Source: Clostridia bacterium (GTDB lineage: Bacteria; Bacillota; Clostridia; Oscillospirales; Acutalibacteraceae). Taken from it: a DNA stretch of 64,000 bases. The stretch spans positions 26,556 through 90,555 of the forward strand of contig JAFQCU010000001.1 in NCBI GenBank assembly GCA_017416285.1, in the 5' to 3' direction. Below are positions 27,702 through 36,169 of this stretch, piece after piece (position 1 is the first letter of the stretch; each line of letters begins with the position of its first letter). Both the position numbers and the translations under genes were made by a program. The notes below the pieces were generated by a model. It worked only from the letters and a program-made list of their open reading frames with translations. It was not told the DNA's origin and ran no database searches.

Positions 27702-28352
27702 TCAATACTTGATTTCAAAATTTATACCACTAACGCCACATACAGCGCCACCGTCTTTAAGCTCTTTATTATCAACGTGGGCAATCATCCACTTGTTTTT
27801 TGCCCATAAAAGCTTATCAGCATATTCACCGTCAAGAGGTGTATTTGTTCCCTTGGGAAGCGCAACAACCCAGCCAAATCCTTCAGAATTGGCTTCACAG
27901 GGACCATAGTGCAAGGTTGTGGCGTAACATTCTAAAACTGTGCCTGCGGGCACGTAAAATGCCTTAAATTTTGAAGAATCAATTTTATTATCCTTAACGT
28001 CCCACAAGTGACCAACAATAATTACAAGATCAGTTACTGCAATATTAATTTCACTTGAAGTGTGCCATTCGGTTGCGTTAAAGAAGTTGTTTCTACCCCA
28101 ACAGTAACCGATTTGAGTATCCATTTCACCGAAAAAGCGAATTCTTATTTCATCAGCTATTGCAAGCTTTTCAAATTCATCAACGCTTGGTTTATAAGCT
28201 GAGCCGCTTTCGGGATTGGCAATTTTCTTGGCTTCATTAACGATTTCGGTAATATCTACACCATCGATTATTCTACCAAACGAGTTAAACTCATCCGAGC
28301 AAACGTCAAAAAATTCCAATTCAGGATTTAATTTTTTCAATTTTTCTAACAT
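27702..28352 (-). CDS. DUF4867-like protein (cupin/ureidoglycolate-lyase-like?), function unknown
   Basis: ~217 aa starting at MLEKLKKLNPELEFF (ATG 28352, SD AAGGGTGA). The ORF-track N-terminal extension would overlap the GRE. The DUF assignment is from memory of the family. Confidence 0.55.
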   Translation of the reverse strand: MLEKLKKLNPELEFFDVCSDEFNSFGRIIDGVDITEIVNEAKKIANPESGSAYKPSVDEFEKLAIADEIRIRFFGEMDTQIGYCWGRNNFFNATEWHTSSEINIAVTDLVIIVGHLWDVKDNKIDSSKFKAFYVPAGTVLECYATTLHYGPCEANSEGFGWVVALPKGTNTPLDGEYADKLLWAKNKWMIAHVDNKELKDGGAVCGVSGINFEIKY

Positions 28353-28365
28353 TTTAATCACCCTT

Positions 28366-30351
28366 TTATACTGTATATGCCTGTCGTGCAATAACGTGGT
28401 CTTGATATTCCTTATCAAGTTCAACAAAGTATGCACTCCAACCCCAAATTCTAACCACTAATTGACGGTGATTTTCGGGATGTTTTTGAGCATCCAGCAT
28501 CTTATCAAGATTAACAGTATTAAGCTGTAGCTGGTGACCGCCACGATCAATAAAGTTTTTAACAAGTAAGCCCACTTTTTCAATACCATCATCATCGGAA
28601 AATACGCTTTGATGGAATTCAAGAGTTAGCGGTCCGCCGTTCATAGCATTTTCAAAATGCTGCTTAGTCATTGAAGCCACAACCGAAACCGGACCCTTTA
28701 CCTTTGCAAAAAGCGATACGGAATAATTGGTGCCAAAGGGTTCTTTTTCTCTTCTGCCGTCAGCAGAAGCACCAATTTCATTTGCGTGCCAAAGATAATA
28801 CATCGCACTGCCGGTACCCGCTCTGAAAATACCGCCACGGCAATTTTTTCTACCCTTGAGAGCGTTACCAAAGGCATCCAAAAGGTCAGTAGCAATACTG
28901 TCTACGAAATCATCATTATTGCCAAGTTTGGGCGCTTCATAACGTAGTTTGTGAAGCAATTCAGGAGTATTTTCAAAATTGCTGTCTACTGCTGAAATCA
29001 GTTCCGCCTTACTAATGCTTTGTTCTTCAAAAACATATTTCTTAATAGCGGCAAGGCTGTCAGCAGCGGTAGCAATACCCGTACCGTGAATACCAAAATT
29101 ATTGTATTTGCCGCCATTATAAATATCGCAGTCCATAAGCACGTTCATAAAGGGTGACGGAACAAACCACAAATCCTTTATGTTATCGCAAATGCTGTCA
29201 CATTCCTTGTTAATTTCGTTCTTTACGCTTGTGAAAAATTCTTCGTAAGAATTAGATGACAAAAGATTATTGTGTAATGCTATATCAACCGCTTTAGGAT
29301 AAGACATAGCGCTTATATTAGCAACGTCAGCGCCTATAAATGGAACTATAAATTCCCAACAAGCTGCCACTGCATAATTGGTTGCATCCTTATAATCATA
29401 TCCCATTTCAACAAGTGCCGGTATAACCACATCATCATTAGAATATTGTGGGAAGCCAAGACCCGCTTTAGTAAGCTTTGTAGCTTCGGTATAACGGTCA
29501 GCGGGTGTATTTTTAGAAACCCTCAAATTGATTTTTGGGTCAATCATTTTATTATTGCAAGAAGCTTTTAAGCAAAGCTCTGACAAGAAATTATAAACGT
29601 CATTTCCCTCTTCATCACAACCGCCAAGCATCATACTTTGACCGTTATCACCTTGCTGAACGCCAACGTAAATATCACTGTCAATATTAAAGGATAAGAA
29701 GAAATCCTCCAACAATTCAAGTGCTGTATCGGCAGTATAAACGCCGTTATCCATGTCTGCTCTAAGATACTGATACATATATCTGTCAAAACGACCGATT
29801 GTATTATGATAATTGCCTTCAAGCCACAACGCATAATGCAAAATGCGGAAAAACTGCAAAGCTTCACGGAAATTACGTGCCGGATAACGTGGCACCTGAG
29901 TTAATACCTCAACCAAATCTTCTCTGCCCTGTTTTTTAGCTTCTTCTAAATACTTATCCGAAAGCGCAATAATACTATCAATAGCTTTTTTACCATATTC
30001 ATCGGCAGATTCACGCTTTTTCAAAAGACCTGCGGCAATTGTATCGTAATAATTGGGTGATAAGTTCGATAAAAAGCCAAGCTCGTGTATGTAATGCTTT
30101 GATTCAATTTCTTTCCACTCTTCATCTGTGAAAATTTTAGGAATATTAGAAACCGTACGCAAAAATACAATTTGTTGACCTTCTAAAATTACAGCCTTTT
30201 CTTCCTTGCAAAGCTTATCCAAGCGATCGGTCATACGTTCAATAGGCGATAAACCCTTTTGGGAATATTCGCTTGCCAAATCCCAATCAACGACATGACG
30301 AAACTCATGATGTTCTTTATTTAAAATAAAGCTATACAAATTCTTATTCAT
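28366..30351 (-). CDS. Compact glycyl radical enzyme (PFL-fold, Cys-x-Glu eliminase-type active-site loop)
   Basis: 661 aa. C-terminus LDAQKHPENHRQLVVRIWGWSAYFVELDKEYQDHVIARQ (Gly637 = nt 28441-28443). Cys loop YAVAACWEF (Cys331 = nt 29359-29361). Also GQSMMLGG and DPKINLRVSKNTP blocks. SD AAAGGGGA. Confidence 0.85.
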   Translation of the reverse strand: MNKNLYSFILNKEHHEFRHVVDWDLASEYSQKGLSPIERMTDRLDKLCKEEKAVILEGQQIVFLRTVSNIPKIFTDEEWKEIESKHYIHELGFLSNLSPNYYDTIAAGLLKKRESADEYGKKAIDSIIALSDKYLEEAKKQGREDLVEVLTQVPRYPARNFREALQFFRILHYALWLEGNYHNTIGRFDRYMYQYLRADMDNGVYTADTALELLEDFFLSFNIDSDIYVGVQQGDNGQSMMLGGCDEEGNDVYNFLSELCLKASCNNKMIDPKINLRVSKNTPADRYTEATKLTKAGLGFPQYSNDDVVIPALVEMGYDYKDATNYAVAACWEFIVPFIGADVANISAMSYPKAVDIALHNNLLSSNSYEEFFTSVKNEINKECDSICDNIKDLWFVPSPFMNVLMDCDIYNGGKYNNFGIHGTGIATAADSLAAIKKYVFEEQSISKAELISAVDSNFENTPELLHKLRYEAPKLGNNDDFVDSIATDLLDAFGNALKGRKNCRGGIFRAGTGSAMYYLWHANEIGASADGRREKEPFGTNYSVSLFAKVKGPVSVVASMTKQHFENAMNGGPLTLEFHQSVFSDDDGIEKVGLLVKNFIDRGGHQLQLNTVNLDKMLDAQKHPENHRQLVVRIWGWSAYFVELDKEYQDHVIARQAYTV

Positions 30352-30371
30352 TATTTATCCCCTTTCAAATT

Positions 30372-32306
30372 TTAAAGTGTTATTTCATATACAGCGGCTG
30401 TAAGTGGTTTGGAAGCCTTAAAGCTAACCTTACCGTCAGCCAATGAAATACTTTTGTCATCGTTAATACACGGATATATTTCACTAATAGTGCCATTTGA
30501 AAATTCTTTTGGCACTTCAAAGCTTATTTCATCTTCGCCACCATTGCGGAAAATACCAAGTCTGATTTTGTTGGCATTTTTTAAGGCTAAAACGCTGTAT
30601 CCTTTTGTATAAACCTTTTGCTGCTCGCCAATAAACACAGGCATTGCACCTAAAAGAAAATTTCGATTTTGCTTATAAACATCAATTCCCTTTTTGATAA
30701 GCGAAAGATTATAATCATCACATTTTTCAATGTGACCTGACAATGTCATTATTCCAAAAAATGCACACGACATGTTAAAAATTGTTTGCTGACCATCTGC
30801 CATTTGCTTGTAATATTCATCAGTATATGCTGAATTAATATCTAAACGGTGAGCATAGGTTGCAGGGAATGGAAAGCTCCAAATACCCATTTTTTCAGGA
30901 ATCATACAGCCCTGCATACCACGGATTATCGATGGGTTGTTTGTGAAGATTTCCTGATCGCTTGTGCTTTGCAAATGGAAATGCTTTAAAGTTCCGTTAT
31001 CACAGCGCATTGCTCCGCTTCCGCAGTTTTCAATAACCAAATCGGGCATATCCTCCATAAGCTTATCGATAAACTTGAAGAAGTTGTTGTTATTATCAAT
31101 TAACGCCGCTGCAAATGAACCTTCGCCATCACAACCGACACCCGTACTATGATTATAGTCGTTCTTAATGTAACGAATACCCATATCATAAAGATGCTTT
31201 ACTCTGCCGTATAAATAATCGGTAACTTCCTTGCATCCAAAATTTAAAAACTGTCTTTCTTCACCAATAGGCAAGCCACAACGAGTAAGTATTGCATCAG
31301 GTGAAATTTTGGAAATTGAAGTGTAACAAAATGCAGTTTCAAGCTCAAGCCATATACCGGGAATCATATTTTTAGATTTGATATATTCAATAATTGATTT
31401 GAATCCGCCTTCACCAAAAATGGCATCGTTTTCAATCCAATCACCAAAATCGGTTCCATTACCATTGCGAATAAACCAACCGTCATCTATACAGAAAAGC
31501 TCTGCGCCAACATTTGCGGCTGCATCAATAAGCGGTATAAGCTTTTCACGGCTTGGCATTGCCCACAAGCAGTTCATATAATCGTTAAAGCAAACCGTAA
31601 GCTCATCCAACTTTTTGCCGTTTTTACGCTTGTATTTTAAAAGCGATAATACAGCTTCATCAAAGCTTTCTGCCTCACCGTAAAGAACTGCTGGAGTTTC
31701 ATAACCCTCGTTCGGCTCTAAAACCTTATAAAAACCGTTATTATTTTCACTTGTAGCGGTACAATCAACACTTAGAGTGCAAACACCGTTATCACCCACA
31801 GTACCAAGCTCGAAAGACCAATTAGCAGATGCTTCTAATTCAAAGTACCATGCTTTTTTATCAGTCTTATCCTCAATAATTAAAATTGGATAATACTTAT
31901 GTGTTGACCAACTACCAGTACTTGAAATTGTTTTATCAATATGGGAGAAAGCATGCTTTGCAACAGGGTAAATACCAAGCTGGTACGGTGTAAGCGTTGT
32001 CCATTGTGCCTCACCCTGCCAAGCAAAATTACAAATATGTATAAGCACTTCCCTGTTATGAAAATCGGGAGCTATGTTTTCAAGATAAAGCGAACTAATA
32101 TGTGATACACGTAAGGGTTTATCGGTTATATTGTAAATAACATTGCTTCTTTTAGTAACGCCGCTTTCTTTACAGTATACTGATTTTTTATCAACACTAT
32201 ATTTTAAAAGATCAAGTCTTTTTTCGCCATCTCTTTCAGGTATGTTTTTTATCATACTTGCCGCAACGTTTGAGCCGTTATCAACAATAACCTTAAAATC
32301 TTTCAT
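30372..32306 (-). CDS. GH36 family alpha-galactosidase-like enzyme
   Basis: 644 aa. Motifs FCIDDGWF, YIKNDYN and ENCGSGAMRCD correspond to the GH36 catalytic blocks. Confidence 0.7.
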   Translation of the reverse strand: MKDFKVIVDNGSNVAASMIKNIPERDGEKRLDLLKYSVDKKSVYCKESGVTKRSNVIYNITDKPLRVSHISSLYLENIAPDFHNREVLIHICNFAWQGEAQWTTLTPYQLGIYPVAKHAFSHIDKTISSTGSWSTHKYYPILIIEDKTDKKAWYFELEASANWSFELGTVGDNGVCTLSVDCTATSENNNGFYKVLEPNEGYETPAVLYGEAESFDEAVLSLLKYKRKNGKKLDELTVCFNDYMNCLWAMPSREKLIPLIDAAANVGAELFCIDDGWFIRNGNGTDFGDWIENDAIFGEGGFKSIIEYIKSKNMIPGIWLELETAFCYTSISKISPDAILTRCGLPIGEERQFLNFGCKEVTDYLYGRVKHLYDMGIRYIKNDYNHSTGVGCDGEGSFAAALIDNNNNFFKFIDKLMEDMPDLVIENCGSGAMRCDNGTLKHFHLQSTSDQEIFTNNPSIIRGMQGCMIPEKMGIWSFPFPATYAHRLDINSAYTDEYYKQMADGQQTIFNMSCAFFGIMTLSGHIEKCDDYNLSLIKKGIDVYKQNRNFLLGAMPVFIGEQQKVYTKGYSVLALKNANKIRLGIFRNGGEDEISFEVPKEFSNGTISEIYPCINDDKSISLADGKVSFKASKPLTAAVYEITL

Positions 32307-32343
32307 AAAGCACTCCTATATTCATAAAAAAATTCAAGTTTTC

Positions 32344-32375
32344 ATATGCGCAGTATAAAAATATACTGCGCATAT
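32344..32375. promoter_or_regulatory. Perfect 14-bp inverted repeat (hairpin or operator) between araC-like gene and GH36 gene
   Basis: ATATGCGCAGTATA-aaaa-TATACTGCGCATAT. The T tract (TCTTTTT) lies only on the plus-strand side. Confidence 0.6.
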
Positions 32376-32396
32376 TCTTTTTAACATAACACAGGA

Positions 32397-33224
32397 TTAT
32401 TTTCTGCGTTTTTCATTGCCACCGTTTGCTATACGATATTCTTCCGGTGTAACACCATAATATCGCTTAAACACACGGTGAAAATAGCTCTTGTGGTTAA
32501 AACCAACTTCATATCCTATATTTTCAATACTCTTTGTAGTTTCAACCAGCATTTTTTGAGCAGTTTCAAGCTTTCTTAGATTTATATATTCACTAAGATT
32601 TTGACCGATGTTCTTTTTAAATAATTTAGAAAAATAAGGGAAATTATAACCTGAAAAAGCCGCTACCGAACTTGGTGTCACAGTTTTCAAATTATTATCA
32701 ATATATGTCAAAATTGTTCTGACATCTATTGTAGCAACCTTGCTGCTTTCTAAAGTGCTTCGGTTAATGCGTATTAGTAATGCAAATAATACCTCCAAAC
32801 AACCCTCTATTACGTCTGAGAATAAGTCGTTTTGATCATTAAATTCCTTTTCAATCATAAAAAGAATATTTTCAATTCTTCTTATTTCGTTGGGAGGAAT
32901 ATTAATAATACTCACCGGACCAAATTCATCGGCGTGCTCTTTAAATATTTGGGGTAACGAAGTAGGCTTAATTTGAATTCTGAAAACCTCGACCTCATTA
33001 GAAGTGTCAAACCTATGACGTGAATCTGGATTAAACAAGCTCATACACCCACGAGAGCACTCGTAGGATTCATCCTTTACGTTTTGATGATAGCTGCCTG
33101 ATAAAACGTATTCCATTTCATAATACACATGAGCATGAACATTAACACCATAAGACGTTTTATACCGACTTATGGAATATTTTTTATCATTCTCAATGAA
33201 TGCAACTGGCCAATGGCATATCAT
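32397..33224 (-). CDS. AraC family transcriptional regulator (cupin sensor + 2x HTH)
   Basis: 275 aa. The C-terminus, IGYEVGFNHKSYFHRVFKRYYGVTPEEYR, is the AraC signature. Confidence 0.85.
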   Translation of the reverse strand: MICHWPVAFIENDKKYSISRYKTSYGVNVHAHVYYEMEYVLSGSYHQNVKDESYECSRGCMSLFNPDSRHRFDTSNEVEVFRIQIKPTSLPQIFKEHADEFGPVSIINIPPNEIRRIENILFMIEKEFNDQNDLFSDVIEGCLEVLFALLIRINRSTLESSKVATIDVRTILTYIDNNLKTVTPSSVAAFSGYNFPYFSKLFKKNIGQNLSEYINLRKLETAQKMLVETTKSIENIGYEVGFNHKSYFHRVFKRYYGVTPEEYRIANGGNEKRRK

Positions 33225-33257
33225 TTATAACACTCCAAATATTTTTTAATTAACCGA

Positions 33258-34049
33258 TTAAAGATCGTCTTCTTCAAGCGGTTGATCTACAATATCCAAA
33301 ACTGCGTTCTTAATTTTTTCTATTATTCCCTTATCGGCAACTTCTTCGCCCTTAAAAGGTAAAAATTTGTTATTAATAACGTCGCCATTAAAAAGCGAAC
33401 GGTAAAACGTAAGACCGGCGGCATATCTTCCGTAAATTTCAGTAAGGTGATAACCGTCACGGTTTAAACTCATACCACCGTTTTTATAATCAAATTCAGG
33501 TACGGTTTCTCTGATATGCTGAATAACGTCACCAACAGGAATAATAGGTGCGTTTATTAGTTTGGATGCCATTTTATAGCAGTCTCTTGCACGAATATAC
33601 ATTTCTCTCTGGTCAGAATTATAAACCGGGAAATACGGATGAGTAGCATCACTTTCATAAGCCCAAGTTTGATAAATATAAAACTTTGCATTAGGTGACT
33701 GCTTTAAAATTATATCGTAAAGCTGATTGATATAAGGATAATAAGTAAATGGGCGGCCGCATTGAACACTGCCTTGATTAAAGGTTACGATATCCCACTC
33801 TTCCATTTCGAGAGCTTCCATAAAGGTAACCTTTTTACCGGTGTTGTGACCATCAATTATCAAATCATAATCGGCGGCATTACTTTCAATTTTATCCATA
33901 TGACGCTTCAAGGTATGTCCCCCAATAAAAGGGCATACCAATTTAACTTCAATACCTGCATCAGCACAAATTTGTTTAAGCCACGTATGTGCATCTTCAG
34001 TGAAGCTATTACCAACACCAAAAATTTTAATCAAACCTATTCTCCCCAT
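33258..34049 (-). CDS. SGNH-like hydrolase (DUF4886-type), putative glycan deacylase
   Basis: Block I FGVGNSFTED and block V RDGYHL. 13-nt overlap with the upstream gene. Confidence 0.5.
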   Translation of the reverse strand: MGRIGLIKIFGVGNSFTEDAHTWLKQICADAGIEVKLVCPFIGGHTLKRHMDKIESNAADYDLIIDGHNTGKKVTFMEALEMEEWDIVTFNQGSVQCGRPFTYYPYINQLYDIILKQSPNAKFYIYQTWAYESDATHPYFPVYNSDQREMYIRARDCYKMASKLINAPIIPVGDVIQHIRETVPEFDYKNGGMSLNRDGYHLTEIYGRYAAGLTFYRSLFNGDVINNKFLPFKGEEVADKGIIEKIKNAVLDIVDQPLEEDDL

Positions 34050-36169
34050 TCAAGTATAATCTTCTTTTCATCACAAGAAAGATTAACAGAATAAAGCATA
34101 TCGCTAATTTTTTCAGCTTTAAGAGCTTCACCGTTAGCACAAATATTCTTAGGCTCGGTTTCACTGATAAAGCAGAATTTGCCGCCCTCTTCTACAACAC
34201 ATTTATTTTTAGCAAATAAACTAAAGGTTGCAGGTGCCATATATTTATCAATAATTCCGACAGGAATAAGTGACTTATTCAAAGGAATTATGTAATAAAG
34301 ACGGAAATCATCATAGTTTTTAAGAGTAAGATCAAGCTTTTCGCCCTTTTCAAGTACGGTAACTGTTTTTGCGAAATAATCAACAACAGCGCAACGTTCG
34401 TCAGCCATTCCGTATACGTCGGTAATAGAAACAGTACCCGAAACACTCTTTTCGTCCTCGTCGATATTAAAGGCTGCTACTATACCACCCTTTTCGGTCT
34501 TGTTAAACACCTTAAATATCTTGCCGTTGTGCTCACAATCCTCAAGCAAGCATTCATATACAGGGCGTGCAGATTCTTTAAGACGAATAATCTTACCGTC
34601 GCTGTAAACAATAGGCATAATCTTTTCTTTAATACTTCTGCCAAGCTCATCACTGACATAAACGGGACCGCCGCTCATTGCACGAAGAACAGAATTCTTA
34701 ACGCCTTGAGCATCATCAGACCACCACATATCCCAGTCACCGGTATAGATACTACCCTGAGCAAAAGCATTAAAGCTGCACTGTATAAGGTGTTGAACAA
34801 ACCACTTACGGTCTTCAGGCATAAAGTCACCGCTAATACGATTAACAAGACTTAAAGGACGGTTCCAGAAGTTTTCATTAGCCATACCCATACAGTTGAT
34901 AAGGTTACCGTCAAAATTACCTCCAACAGTTGCTTCTATAGCAGTATGAAGATTCTTAGCTATGTAACCAACGGGTGCCAAGTGTTCATAATTTAGAAGT
35001 ATGCAAGACTGCCAGTCAACCTTTACAAAATCGGCATTACAATCCTTGAAAAAGCTATTGTACATATTAAAATATTGGAATAACTTATCAAGACGAGGTG
35101 ACGGGATAAGACGTCCGTTATTATGGCTTATAGTTAAAAGGTCGCTATGCTCTCTTGCAATGGGACCTTCGGGGTCAATACCGTTCCAGTAGCCCAATGT
35201 AGGATACCAAATGCCAACCTTTAAGCCGTACTGTTCCTTAAGGTCGCCTACAGCAGCGGCAAGACCGTTCGGGAAGCGTACAGGGTCAGCTTCAAAGTTA
35301 TATAACTCACGTGAGTGCATTGTGGGAATATTATTGTTATGTACTTCAGCCCACATATCGTCGATAATTGCCCAACGTACAGGAATTCCCTTATCTTTAA
35401 ATTCTTGTGCCTTTTGAAGCAAGCCCTCGTGAGTAACGTCCATGTGGAATGCGTCCCAGCTACACCAACCGAGATATTCAAAAACTTCGGGATATCGTCT
35501 TTCTTTTCTAACCTTACCCTTTTTCTTCATAACTTTAAGACCGTATTCAGCAGTAATGTCAGGAAGCTTATAGGGGTCATTTTCAAAGCCGAGAATAAGA
35601 ATATGCTCAGAGCATTTACTAATCGGGAAACGAGCATAGATAAATAAGGTTATGCCGCCTTCTTCACAAGCAATAATATTACTTTTAAAGTAATTATCGC
35701 AGGTAGTTAAAAGATATGCATAGCTATTATCAGCCTGTTTAGCTAATAAAGCTTGTGTTCTTATCGGCATTTCCTCTAACTTAGAAAAAATCTTGGTACC
35801 ACACCAATAATCACAACGCATAAAGTTTGCCATATAGCTTTCACACGAAGGCATTGATTCAATATCAATACCCGCAGCGCTATCGGTATCAAGGTGATTT
35901 TGTCCCCAGTTTTTACCCAAAACAGGAGCATAATCGATATCAACCTTTAAAGCGGCAGTATTATCTTTAAATACAAGTGAAAGGAGAGCAGTAATATCAT
36001 TAGTTTTGTTTGAAAAACTAATTTCATTTTCACTCGCCTTTACAATATCTAAATACTGCTTGTCGCCACCTTGACCTCTAACCCAGAATTTCATTCCGTC
36101 AAAAAGAACGGCATCATTATTTAAAAGGCAAAGCTTGTTATCATATAAAAATTTTGTCATTAACATCAA
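34037..36169 (-). CDS. GH36 raffinose-synthase/Sip1-type alpha-galactosidase-like enzyme
   Basis: 710 aa. Motifs LGWCSWDAF, AIIDDMW and VKVDWQ are typical of the Sip1 branch. ATGA overlap with the upstream gene. Confidence 0.65.
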   Translation of the reverse strand: MMLMTKFLYDNKLCLLNNDAVLFDGMKFWVRGQGGDKQYLDIVKASENEISFSNKTNDITALLSLVFKDNTAALKVDIDYAPVLGKNWGQNHLDTDSAAGIDIESMPSCESYMANFMRCDYWCGTKIFSKLEEMPIRTQALLAKQADNSYAYLLTTCDNYFKSNIIACEEGGITLFIYARFPISKCSEHILILGFENDPYKLPDITAEYGLKVMKKKGKVRKERRYPEVFEYLGWCSWDAFHMDVTHEGLLQKAQEFKDKGIPVRWAIIDDMWAEVHNNNIPTMHSRELYNFEADPVRFPNGLAAAVGDLKEQYGLKVGIWYPTLGYWNGIDPEGPIAREHSDLLTISHNNGRLIPSPRLDKLFQYFNMYNSFFKDCNADFVKVDWQSCILLNYEHLAPVGYIAKNLHTAIEATVGGNFDGNLINCMGMANENFWNRPLSLVNRISGDFMPEDRKWFVQHLIQCSFNAFAQGSIYTGDWDMWWSDDAQGVKNSVLRAMSGGPVYVSDELGRSIKEKIMPIVYSDGKIIRLKESARPVYECLLEDCEHNGKIFKVFNKTEKGGIVAAFNIDEDEKSVSGTVSITDVYGMADERCAVVDYFAKTVTVLEKGEKLDLTLKNYDDFRLYYIIPLNKSLIPVGIIDKYMAPATFSLFAKNKCVVEEGGKFCFISETEPKNICANGEALKAEKISDMLYSVNLSCDEKKIILEWGE

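Noticed and set aside
28366-30351. GRE interpreted as pyruvate formate-lyase or as the microcompartment-associated 1,2-propanediol dehydratase
   Set aside because: The protein has a single Cys followed by x-Glu instead of the PFL Cys-Cys dyad. It is far shorter than either enzyme as I remember them. The window has no shell-protein, aldehyde dehydrogenase, phosphotransacylase or formate channel genes.
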